A stretch of DNA of 64,000 bases from an uncultured Chloroflexia bacterium (GTDB taxonomy: Bacteria; Chloroflexota; Limnocylindria; Limnocylindrales; CSP1-4): positions 384,001 through 448,000 of the forward strand of contig CAVYIM010000003.1 in NCBI GenBank assembly GCA_963768655.1, read 5' to 3'. The notes under the pieces were generated by a model that was not told where the DNA came from, did not search any database, and was given only the letters and a program-made list of their open reading frames with translations. Below, piece by piece: positions 18,017 through 26,371 of the stretch. Position 1 is the first letter of the stretch; each line of letters opens with the position of its first letter. Both the position numbers and the translations under genes were made by a program.

Positions 18017-19491
18017 CGGCCTCGATCGGGCGCGCGACCGCCGGCACATTCCCGCCCACCGCGCGCGCCACTCGTTGCTCCGTCGCCCGCCTGGATCGAG
18101 TCTCCTACTGGTACCCGAAACAGGACGAGGCATCGCTGCGCGCGGTCGACCTGGCGATCGAACCCGGCCTGACGCTGGTAACCGGCGATTCCGGCGGTGG
18201 CAAGTCGACACTGCTGCGGCTCTTCAACGGCCTTGTGCCGCAGTTCCACGGCGGGCGGGTGTCGGGCCGGGCGGAGATCGGAGGCCTCGACCCGATGCGG
18301 TCGCCGATCCCGCTGCTCGCTCAGCGCGCCGGGCTCGTGTTCCAGGACGTGGAGACGCAGTCGGTGTACGGGTCGGTCGAGCGGGAGATCGCCTTCGGCC
18401 TGGAGAACCTGGGCGTGGCCCGCGCCGAGATGCATGAGCGGGTCGACGGAACGATGGCGGCGATGGGGATCGAGGCACTGCGCGGGCGGCGGCTCTCGAC
18501 CCTCTCCGGCGGGGAACGGCAACGCGTGGCGCTGGCCGCGGTGCTGGTGCTTCGGCCGTTGCTCGTGGCGCTGGACGAGCCCACTTCCCAGCTCGATGCC
18601 GCCGGCGCGGCCGCGGTGCTGGTGGCATGTCGCGATCTCGCGGCGGAGGGTCGAGCCGTGGTGCTCGCGGAGCATCGGCTGGGGGTCGTGGGGCCGGCCG
18701 CGGACCGAACTCTGACCGTGGCGGGCGGCCGGGTAGAGGCCGAGATCGGTGGGCGAGCCGCACGTCCGCCGGCCACGTACGACCACCTGGCCCGCGCTGA
18801 GGCCGTTGAACCGGCGTGGGAGCTGCGCGGCGTGGCCGCGGACCCGGCCGGCCGGGCCGCCCTCGGCCGCGAGCCGGTCCTCCACGACGTCTCTCTGGCG
18901 GGCGGCCGCGGCGAGGTCGTGGCGCTGATCGGCCCGAACGGATCCGGCAAGACGACGCTGCTGCGGACGCTGGCGGGGTTGCTCGCCCCGCTGGCGGGCA
19001 CGGTCGGGAGACCCGCGGGCCGGACGGCATATCTGCCGCAGAATCCCGGCGCATTGCTGCATCTGCCGACGGTCCGGGCGGAAGTGGCCCTGACCCTGCG
19101 CCGCACGCGGAGCACCGAGGCCCCGGAGACGATGCTCGCCGCCTTCGGGCTCGAGCGTCTGGCCGATCGCTACCCGCGCGACCTAAGCTCCGGGGAGCGG
19201 CAGCGGGCTGCGCTGGCCGCGACCCTGGCCGGCTCGCCGACCCTCGTCCTGCTCGACGAGCCGACGCGGGGCATGGACGCGGCCGCTCGCCGCTCGCTCA
19301 CCGCCGCCGTTCGGGAGCTGACCGCCCGAGGCTCGGCCGTGGTCCTGGCCACGCACGATGCGGAACTCGCGGCCCAGCTCGCGGATCGGACGATCGAGCT
19401 GCGCGGCGGCCTTGCCACGGAACTGACTGCGGCGCCGTTCGGCGGCGACGTCGCCGCCAGGACGGCCGATGCGCCCGGGTCGTCCCGATGA
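18013..19491 (+). CDS. ECF transporter ATPase with two fused ABC domains
   Basis: Walker A GDSGGGKST and GPNGSGKTT; signatures LSGGERQR and LSSGERQR; LDEPT twice. Confidence 0.93.
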   Translation: MTASIGRATAGTFPPTARATRCSVARLDRVSYWYPKQDEASLRAVDLAIEPGLTLVTGDSGGGKSTLLRLFNGLVPQFHGGRVSGRAEIGGLDPMRSPIPLLAQRAGLVFQDVETQSVYGSVEREIAFGLENLGVARAEMHERVDGTMAAMGIEALRGRRLSTLSGGERQRVALAAVLVLRPLLVALDEPTSQLDAAGAAAVLVACRDLAAEGRAVVLAEHRLGVVGPAADRTLTVAGGRVEAEIGGRAARPPATYDHLARAEAVEPAWELRGVAADPAGRAALGREPVLHDVSLAGGRGEVVALIGPNGSGKTTLLRTLAGLLAPLAGTVGRPAGRTAYLPQNPGALLHLPTVRAEVALTLRRTRSTEAPETMLAAFGLERLADRYPRDLSSGERQRAALAATLAGSPTLVLLDEPTRGMDAAARRSLTAAVRELTARGSAVVLATHDAELAAQLADRTIELRGGLATELTAAPFGGDVAARTADAPGSSR

Positions 19492-20297
19492 GCATTGCCT
19501 TCGTCTCGTTGGCCGGCATCGTCCTTTTCGTCTGGCCGTTCCTCGGCCTCGGCCTGCCGCCGGAGGTGCCCGCCCTGGCCGTGACGCTCGGCGCCGTGGC
19601 ATCGCTCGTGCTGATGGAGGCCGGCGCCCGCCGCCTCGATTCCGGACGGCTGGCGCTTCTCGCGGCCCTGGCCGCGATCGACGCTGCGCTCCGTCTGGCC
19701 CTGGTCAACGGCGTCGGCGGCTTCAGCCCGATCTTCTTCCTGGTCCTCTGCGCCGGCTACGAGTTCGGGGCCTCGTACGGTTTCCTGGTCGGCGCATTCT
19801 CGCTGCTCGTCTCGGCGCTCGTCACGGGTGGCATCGGACCGTGGCTGCCGTATGAGACCTTCGCCGTCGGCTGGGTCGGAGCTTCGTCGGGCCTCGCCGG
19901 TTCGGTCGTACGTCAACTCCGGGCGGGCCGCCGCTCGTGGCTGCCGGGCCGGCTCGATCTCGGCGTCCTGGTCGGCGTCGCCGTCGTGACCGGCTTCGCC
20001 TACGGCGCCCTGACCGACATCTGGGGCTGGGTCGCCTTCTACCGCGGCGTCGAGAACATCGGCTGGACGCCCGGTCTATCGGCCGCCGCGACGCTGGCCC
20101 AGTTCGTCCGCTACTACGTGGTGACTTCGCTGACGTGGGACGCGTTCCGTGCGATCGGCGACGCGCTGGCCGTGGTAGCCCTGGGCAGGCCGGTGCTCAT
20201 GGCCCTGGGCCGGCTTCGAGCCCGGCTCGGCTACGAGATCGTGGACGGCCCTCCGACCCCCGGACAGCCGGCGGACCGCAGCCGGATAGCCGCCTGA
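19488..20297 (+). CDS. ECF transporter substrate-binding S component (CbrT-like, cobalamin)
   Basis: ATGA coupling; LAAIDAALR, GFSPIFFL, GGIGPWLP, WDAFRA; riboswitch context. Confidence 0.82.
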   Translation: MSIAFVSLAGIVLFVWPFLGLGLPPEVPALAVTLGAVASLVLMEAGARRLDSGRLALLAALAAIDAALRLALVNGVGGFSPIFFLVLCAGYEFGASYGFLVGAFSLLVSALVTGGIGPWLPYETFAVGWVGASSGLAGSVVRQLRAGRRSWLPGRLDLGVLVGVAVVTGFAYGALTDIWGWVAFYRGVENIGWTPGLSAAATLAQFVRYYVVTSLTWDAFRAIGDALAVVALGRPVLMALGRLRARLGYEIVDGPPTPGQPADRSRIAA

Positions 20298-20309
20298 CCG
20301 CGGTCGGGC

Positions 20310-22133
20310 CTACCGCCCGGGGATCGCCAGCCTCCGAATCTGGCCGACTTTGCCGGGCAGGCCTCCTGGTGCCGTAACCAGGAGGCGCGATTGCTCCACG
20401 AGCTGCCCCTGGTTGAGCGGCGCGAAGCCGATGTCATCGAGCGCGCCGTTGCAGATGGTGACGAGCCAGATCGAGCCGCCAGGTCGAAGGCCCGGGAGGG
20501 CCCGCGTCCAGCCGACCTGGCTGATCAGTGCCGGGCTTACCACGCTCTGCGGCGAGATCAGGTACGTTCCGTCATAGAACGCTTGCTGCGGGCTGTGCCA
20601 GTCGTACAGGTAGATGCCGAAGGCCCGCTCGCCGCCCGCCCGATCGAAGTAGTAGTCGATCGGGAAGTAGGTTCGCGCATCGGCGGTGAGCACTACGTCT
20701 CCCGGCCGCGCTACAGCGATCAGCTGAGCCACCGTCTCCTGGGCGGGATCGAGGTCGCTGCTGACGCTCCGGCTCTGCACGAAGCCAATCGCTCCTGAGG
20801 ACATCGTGGCCACCAGGACGACCAACAGGACCGCGGGCACGATCCGGCTGCGCAGCCACCCGGCGAGCGCCGGCAGCCCGGCCGCGATGAGCAGACACAG
20901 TGGCGGCGCGACCGCACCCATGTAGCGCGCGTCATATATGGGCCGCAGCTGCGAGTACAGCCAGACCACCGGGACGAGCCCGAGAGCGAAGATCAGGGCG
21001 ATCCCGAACCAGCGCAGCCGCCGACGGCACAAAGTGTCGGCGCTTCCATCGGAACCGGAGCTCGTCGCCCCTTCGTTCGGCGCGGAGTCGTCCGGGAGCG
21101 GAACCGGCTCGCGGCGATTCCGGCGGCGAAGGCCGAGCAGGCCGAGGGCACCGACGACCGCGAGCAGCACCACGACGAACTGAGCCGGCAGCATGAGGTC
21201 CCATCGCCCCGTCAGGCTGACGGCGCGGTCGTATGTCTGAACGATCGCGTCCAGGTGAGGCTGCCCGGTCCAGAACGGCTGGCCGTTGTTCGCCACGGCG
21301 AGCAACGCCGGCAGCCATGGCAGGAAGGTGGCTGCTCCGACCGCAATGGCCGCAACGGCAAGTGCCGGCCCCCGCGGCATCCCAGCGGCCCATCTTGCCA
21401 CTTCGGCAATCGGGTCCGGTCTTGCGGAACCGCGGGCGGTTGCGCTCCGCCCACGCGTCGCCCCGGCGGCTGCCGTCGCGCCCACGCAGGCGAAGCCCAT
21501 CTGGAGGCCCGCGCTCGGGATCCCGAGCGCGAGCGTCCACAGCTCCCCGGCAACCGCGATCGCGAGCGCTATCGCTGTGAGGACCGTGCCGCGCCGGACG
21601 GCGCGCCCACTCTCGCCGAGGGCCACCAGGCGCCAGGTCAGCCACCAGCTCGTCGTCGCGAACGCGGTCTCGATGGCGTACATGCGGGCATCTCTGGCAT
21701 CGTCGATGAGCAGTACGGATAACGCGGCCAGGGCGAGCGCGACGCCGGCGAGGGTCCTGCCCATGGCGTCGCGCGCCCAGATCCAAACGACCGCAAGGGT
21801 CGCCAGCCCGGCCAGCACGGAAAGCGTCCGCAGCGCAGCCTCGCCATCGCCAAAGAGGGCGATCCAGCCACTGAGCACGATCGGGTAGAGAGGCGGGTAA
21901 GCCTCGAATTGAGCATGGTCCAGCAACGTCGAGAGTGGGTAGCTGGACAGGAGCCACGACGCGGCTTCGTCGCGGAAGAGCTGCCGATCGCCAAGGCTGG
22001 TGCAGCGGAGGACGGCCGCAACCGCCAGCAGCACGACCGGCATCGCCGCCGCAGCGAGATTGACGGCCCGCGAACCTTCGAGCGCCCGTTCGACCTGCGC
22101 GGGCCGCCACCTGGCGGTCCCCTCGGATCTCAT
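20310..22133 (-). CDS. GT-C membrane glycosyltransferase (GT39/PMT-like)
   Basis: LFRDEAASW, YPPLY, LFGDGEAALRTLS, DARMYA, RY motif; many TM helices. Confidence 0.82.
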   Translation of the reverse strand: MRSEGTARWRPAQVERALEGSRAVNLAAAAMPVVLLAVAAVLRCTSLGDRQLFRDEAASWLLSSYPLSTLLDHAQFEAYPPLYPIVLSGWIALFGDGEAALRTLSVLAGLATLAVVWIWARDAMGRTLAGVALALAALSVLLIDDARDARMYAIETAFATTSWWLTWRLVALGESGRAVRRGTVLTAIALAIAVAGELWTLALGIPSAGLQMGFACVGATAAAGATRGRSATARGSARPDPIAEVARWAAGMPRGPALAVAAIAVGAATFLPWLPALLAVANNGQPFWTGQPHLDAIVQTYDRAVSLTGRWDLMLPAQFVVVLLAVVGALGLLGLRRRNRREPVPLPDDSAPNEGATSSGSDGSADTLCRRRLRWFGIALIFALGLVPVVWLYSQLRPIYDARYMGAVAPPLCLLIAAGLPALAGWLRSRIVPAVLLVVLVATMSSGAIGFVQSRSVSSDLDPAQETVAQLIAVARPGDVVLTADARTYFPIDYYFDRAGGERAFGIYLYDWHSPQQAFYDGTYLISPQSVVSPALISQVGWTRALPGLRPGGSIWLVTICNGALDDIGFAPLNQGQLVEQSRLLVTAPGGLPGKVGQIRRLAIPGR

Positions 22134-22144
22134 ACCCCGCGAGC

Positions 22145-23434
22145 CTAGCACGGCAGCTGGAGCCGTCGCACGAAGAGCAGCCACAACGCCAGCAGGCCGT
22201 AGAGCGACGACGACCAGATCAGGTTCACGCACGGAGCGAGTGGGCCGGAGATGGCGGGCTCGATCGCCCACACCCCGACCCACAGGACCGCCGTCGCGAA
22301 CCATGCGCCCAGAAGGCCCCGGTCCAGCCTGCCAAGTCGATCCAGGCGAAGGTCCGGTGCGTCTACCGCGACGAGCAGGCCGACAGCAACGAGGCAGAAG
22401 GCCTCGTTCCAGAAGCTGTCCTTCGGCGCCGCCACCACGCCGGCCACCAGGGCCAGGCCGAGTCCGAGAGCGGCTCCTCGTCGCGAGGCCAGTACGCTGC
22501 GCGATCGCCACAGGACCAGCAGCGTGAGCAGCGCGAACGCGGCCGTGAGGGCGATCATCACCGGCCCCGGATCGAAGGCGTTGCCGAACAGCGGCAGGGT
22601 GCGGCCGGTCGGCTGGACGAGCCTGGTGACGAACCCGTTGATCGACTGGTTCGTGTAGTAGGAATCCGGATCGAAGAGCGAGGCCAGGCTATTGCTGCCG
22701 GCGGCCCCCCATGGCGCCACATAGACGGCGACGAGCAGCGCCGCAAGTGCGCCGACGACCACGCCGGCGGCCGCCCCGGTCCGGCGGCCGAGCGCCAGTG
22801 GCAGGATAAGGACCCCGGGCACGAGCTTGACGATCGCTGCCAGGCCGATCGTCAGGCCGCCCGCAAAGCGGCGAAGGGGTCGCGTCTCCTCGAGCATGCA
22901 CGCTGTCCCAAGAGCGAGGAGAGGAATGAGAATCAGGTTGGCCTGGCCATTCACGACGGTTCCGTAGACCGGCGGATAGAGACCCGCTCCTACGGCCAGG
23001 GCAAGGCGCCGTCGGGCGAGCTCAGGCGATCGACCGTGGGCCCAGAGGACCCAGACTGCGACCGTCAGGCCGAACGCCACGAGAGAGAGCGAGTTGAACG
23101 CGAGGAGCGCCGCGCCGAACGGAAGCGCCGCGAAAGGCACCATCACAAGGGCGAACGGAAGCGGGTAGGAGTATCCACCACCGACCTGCAGGCTGACGTG
23201 CTCCTGGGCTGCCAGCTCGCGAAGTGCGTCGACGTCGTACGGCGAGCGGCCCTCCAGAGTCAGACGGCCAGCCAGCCAGTAGTCGTGGAAGTCGTTCGAG
23301 CCGAGGCGCAGCACCAGCCCCCAGAAAGCCCACCCGAGAAGCGGCACGGCGATCGCGGCCAGGGCGAGCAGCACACCCTCCGAGCGTCCGGCTCGCCCGG
23401 AGGCTCCGGAATGCTCGTCCCCCGATCCAGACAC
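22145..23434 (-). CDS. GT-C membrane glycosyltransferase (GT87/DUF2029, alpha-mannosyltransferase-like)
   Basis: DFHDYWLAG..GRSPYD, YSYPLPFA, NGQAN, AAIVKLVP, NQSING; GTG with GGAG SD. Confidence 0.82.
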   Translation of the reverse strand: MSGSGDEHSGASGRAGRSEGVLLALAAIAVPLLGWAFWGLVLRLGSNDFHDYWLAGRLTLEGRSPYDVDALRELAAQEHVSLQVGGGYSYPLPFALVMVPFAALPFGAALLAFNSLSLVAFGLTVAVWVLWAHGRSPELARRRLALAVGAGLYPPVYGTVVNGQANLILIPLLALGTACMLEETRPLRRFAGGLTIGLAAIVKLVPGVLILPLALGRRTGAAAGVVVGALAALLVAVYVAPWGAAGSNSLASLFDPDSYYTNQSINGFVTRLVQPTGRTLPLFGNAFDPGPVMIALTAAFALLTLLVLWRSRSVLASRRGAALGLGLALVAGVVAAPKDSFWNEAFCLVAVGLLVAVDAPDLRLDRLGRLDRGLLGAWFATAVLWVGVWAIEPAISGPLAPCVNLIWSSSLYGLLALWLLFVRRLQLPC

Positions 23435-23496
23435 ACAAATCTCCCCAGCGTGCGAATGCGGCGGCCGCGACGGCCAGTCGGGCGTGTCGAAGGCTA

Positions 23497-25161
23497 TCAG
23501 AGACCGCGCGACGGCTGGGCCAGCAGCGCCCTTTCGGCCAGCCCGAGCGGCAGGGAGCCGCTCTCCGCCAGCCGGTCGTGGAAGTCGCGCATGACCGCCA
23601 CCGGCGCCGTCGCGGCGGACCCGGCCGGCAGGCCCCGCGACTCGAGGTAGCGGTCGCGGATGCGCAGGATCTCCAGGCAGCCCGTCAGATAGGCGGAGGC
23701 CTGCGTCGGCCACCAGCAATAGCGCCCGACCTCGGCTCGGGCGGTAGGTTCGGGCGTGGCGGTCTTCTCGACCATGAATCGGACAGCTTCCTCGTGCGAC
23801 ATCTCGCCGATGTGAAGGCTCGTATCGACCACGATCCGGGCCGCGCGGAAGAGCGTGGCCTTGAGGTGGTTGAGCTCCTGGATCGGCTCGGTGAAAAAGC
23901 CGCGCTCGCGCATCAGGCGCTCGGCGTAGAGGCCCCAGCCCTCGTTGAAGTAGGGCGTGCCCAGGACCCGGCGCAACCGCCGGGCGTGTGCCTTGCGGAC
24001 CACCAGGTGCCAGTGATGGCCCGGGTACGCCTCGTGGACCGTGGTCGTGGGAATGTGGCCGAAGCTGTTAGCCGCGAGCCGCTTTGCAATCTCCGCCGCC
24101 GAGGCGCCCTCGGGTGCGAACGGGACGAAGAAGTGGCCACGCATCGAGGCTGCGAACGCCGGCGGCGACATGTACGACGCCACTCCAAGGAGGGGGCGCT
24201 GGAACGGTGGCGACGCCAGGACGTCGCACGACTCGCCCTCGGGGATCGTGACCAGGCCCGTTTCGACGAGGAACTGCCGGGCCTTCGCCGACCACTCCGC
24301 GTAGGTCCGGCGCATCTCCTCCTCGGTCGCCGGATGGTCCTCGTTCGAGCGGTCCAGGACTGCGTTCCAATCGTCGTTGCCCCAGGCCGAGCGCGAGAGG
24401 TCGCGCATCTCGGCCGAGAGTCGGTCGTACTCGGCGCGGCCGCGGTCGCGCAGCGAGCGAGCGTCGTAGGGGAGTGCCTCGCGTTCGCGCAGGAGCCGGG
24501 TATAGCGTTCCTCGCCGAGCTGCCACGATCCGGTAGCGGTGCGGCTCATCGCGTCGAGATGCCCGGCCCAGTCATCCAGGGCACGGGCGGCATCGGCGCC
24601 GGCATCCGCGAGCCTGGCCCTGTTCCGCTCCGCGGCAGCCTCTCTGGGAAGCATCTCGCGGACGTACCTGGCGGTCCCGTGGGCCGCGTCGCGGCCACGT
24701 TCCAGGATCAACGGGTGGGCGAGACTCGGGTCGAGGTTCGCGCGCCCCTGTTCCAGCGCGCGCGTCGCCTGGCCGAGACGCGCCACGGCGGCGTCCACCA
24801 GCTCGGGCTCGGGCCGCAGCCGGTGCAGGAACAGCCCGAACAGCCCGTTCGCGATCGGCCCGCTGTAGGTGACCGGATCGCGTCGCCAGGGCATCCATTC
24901 GGCCATGATCGAGCGCCCGGCCATCATAGCCACGGCCAGGTCGCGATCGATCCGCTCCTCCGGCGCAAGCTCGGCGTCCGGCAGACCGGCGAAGCGCCGG
25001 CTCCATTCGGCGGCCCTGGCCCTGCGCCGGTCGAAAGCCTCGGCCGAAAGATCGTCGAGGCGATCGTCGAATTCCGTCAGACCCAGCCCGCTTGCGCCGA
25101 CGGGCGAATCCTCGAACTCCTGGCCCAGGAACTCTTCTACCAGCTGATCGAAGTCGGCCAT
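23497..25161 (-). CDS. DUF885 family protein (putative Zn metallopeptidase-like)
   Basis: VHEAYPGHH, NEGWGLYAE, RAARIVVDTSLH, EVGRY..PTQASAY. Confidence 0.9.
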   Translation of the reverse strand: MADFDQLVEEFLGQEFEDSPVGASGLGLTEFDDRLDDLSAEAFDRRRARAAEWSRRFAGLPDAELAPEERIDRDLAVAMMAGRSIMAEWMPWRRDPVTYSGPIANGLFGLFLHRLRPEPELVDAAVARLGQATRALEQGRANLDPSLAHPLILERGRDAAHGTARYVREMLPREAAAERNRARLADAGADAARALDDWAGHLDAMSRTATGSWQLGEERYTRLLREREALPYDARSLRDRGRAEYDRLSAEMRDLSRSAWGNDDWNAVLDRSNEDHPATEEEMRRTYAEWSAKARQFLVETGLVTIPEGESCDVLASPPFQRPLLGVASYMSPPAFAASMRGHFFVPFAPEGASAAEIAKRLAANSFGHIPTTTVHEAYPGHHWHLVVRKAHARRLRRVLGTPYFNEGWGLYAERLMRERGFFTEPIQELNHLKATLFRAARIVVDTSLHIGEMSHEEAVRFMVEKTATPEPTARAEVGRYCWWPTQASAYLTGCLEILRIRDRYLESRGLPAGSAATAPVAVMRDFHDRLAESGSLPLGLAERALLAQPSRGL

Positions 25162-25257
25162 CCATTGCTCCTTTTGGACTGCGGTCCATCGTGCCATGAT
25201 CGAGGCCGATGCGTGCGCGCGAACGACGGCGCGGTTCCAGTATGGAGGCGACGGGCG

Positions 25258-25611
25258 ATGGCACTGCGAGAGCTGGTTGGCGGCCTGACGGAGAGTTCCA
25301 CGGTGAAGCGTGTCTTCGGCGCGCCGATCGAAAAGGACGGAGTCCTGGTCATCCCCGTCGCGAACCTGCGCGGCATCTTCGGCGGCGGCGAAGGGGCGCC
25401 GATCGAGGCCGACCCGGGACGGCTTTCGGGATGGGGCGGCGGCGGAGCCTGGTCGGCCACTCCGGCCGGGACCTACGTGCTCAAGAACGGCGAGATCAGC
25501 TGGGTCCCGGCTGTGGATGCGAACCGCTCCGTCCTGCTCGGCTGCTTGACCGGCATCGTCTCGCTGCTGGTGCTGCGGAGCATCGTCCGGACGATCGTGA
25601 AGCGTGGCTGA
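25258..25611 (+). CDS. GerW/YtfJ-like protein with C-terminal TM helix
   Basis: VFGAPIEKDGVLVIPVA, GGGEG..GGGG, PAGTYVL..W.PAVD; SD GGAGG. Confidence 0.82.
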   Translation: MALRELVGGLTESSTVKRVFGAPIEKDGVLVIPVANLRGIFGGGEGAPIEADPGRLSGWGGGGAWSATPAGTYVLKNGEISWVPAVDANRSVLLGCLTGIVSLLVLRSIVRTIVKRG

Positions 25612-25627
25612 CGGTCTCAGAAACGCC

Positions 25628-25660
25628 GATCGGGCGAACCGCGGAGGCAGTCGCCCGATC
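25628..25660. terminator. Hairpin between convergent genes
   Basis: gatcgggcga / tcgcccgatc 10-bp inverted repeat just after the 25611 stop. Confidence 0.55.
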
Positions 25661-25693
25661 TAGAGTTGCGTGCCCGCGATCCGTGGGCGCGGC

Positions 25694-25821
25694 TCATGCC
25701 CGCCGGGTCAGCACGACGCTCGTCGCCGTGAAGCTCGCGACGCGCCACGCCACGAGGAGCGCGAAGGCGCCGAGGGTGATCGGGAAGGAGTTCGAGGCGA
25801 GCAGTCCGAGGTTCTCTCCAC
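25694..25821 (-). CDS. Unannotated ~40-aa single-TM peptide, start apparently out of frame
   Basis: GC3-rich frame ENLGLLASNSFPITLGAFALLVAWRVASFTATSVVLTRRA*; GGAGG-N9-GTG at 25821 needs a small indel in gtggagagaac to join it. Confidence 0.4.
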
Positions 25822-26371
25822 GCTGCTCCGCCTCCCCGCGCCGGCCGTGCCCGCCGGGCTGACAGGGCCGTCCGCGCCTCCGTCCGCCGAGGGCCCCGAT
25901 TCGAACGCGTGAAAGTCGACGCCCTCCCGGAGGGAGATCGGGAGGGCGTCAGGGAGCGGATTGAACGGAGTCTTGGACGCGACACGCCGTGGGGCCCGCG
26001 TCGGTATGTGTATTTGTCGCACCCGATCCTGCAGAAATCCTGAAACTCGCGACCGCAGCGGGTCCGGCGTCCGTGCGCCAGTGGGGGCGGGCGACATCCA
26101 GGAGGGCGCGGCCTGACGCACACCCGGACCAGCGGCCAACCGCGGGCGCCACCAACCCGGACGAGCCTGTCCGGGGGCTGGACACGGCTTTGCCCTCGCT
26201 TCATGCTGCGCGGCAGGTTGCCCTCGTTCGTTGATGCGGGGTTCGTCCTTGTTCGACGCAGGCGATGAGGTTCAGACCGGATCCGAGGCCCGCGACGGAA
26301 CTGCCTCGGGAGTGGCAGCTGCGACCGTACAACCCGCCGGGCGCGGCGATGTCGCGGACGGTGGCGCAGCG

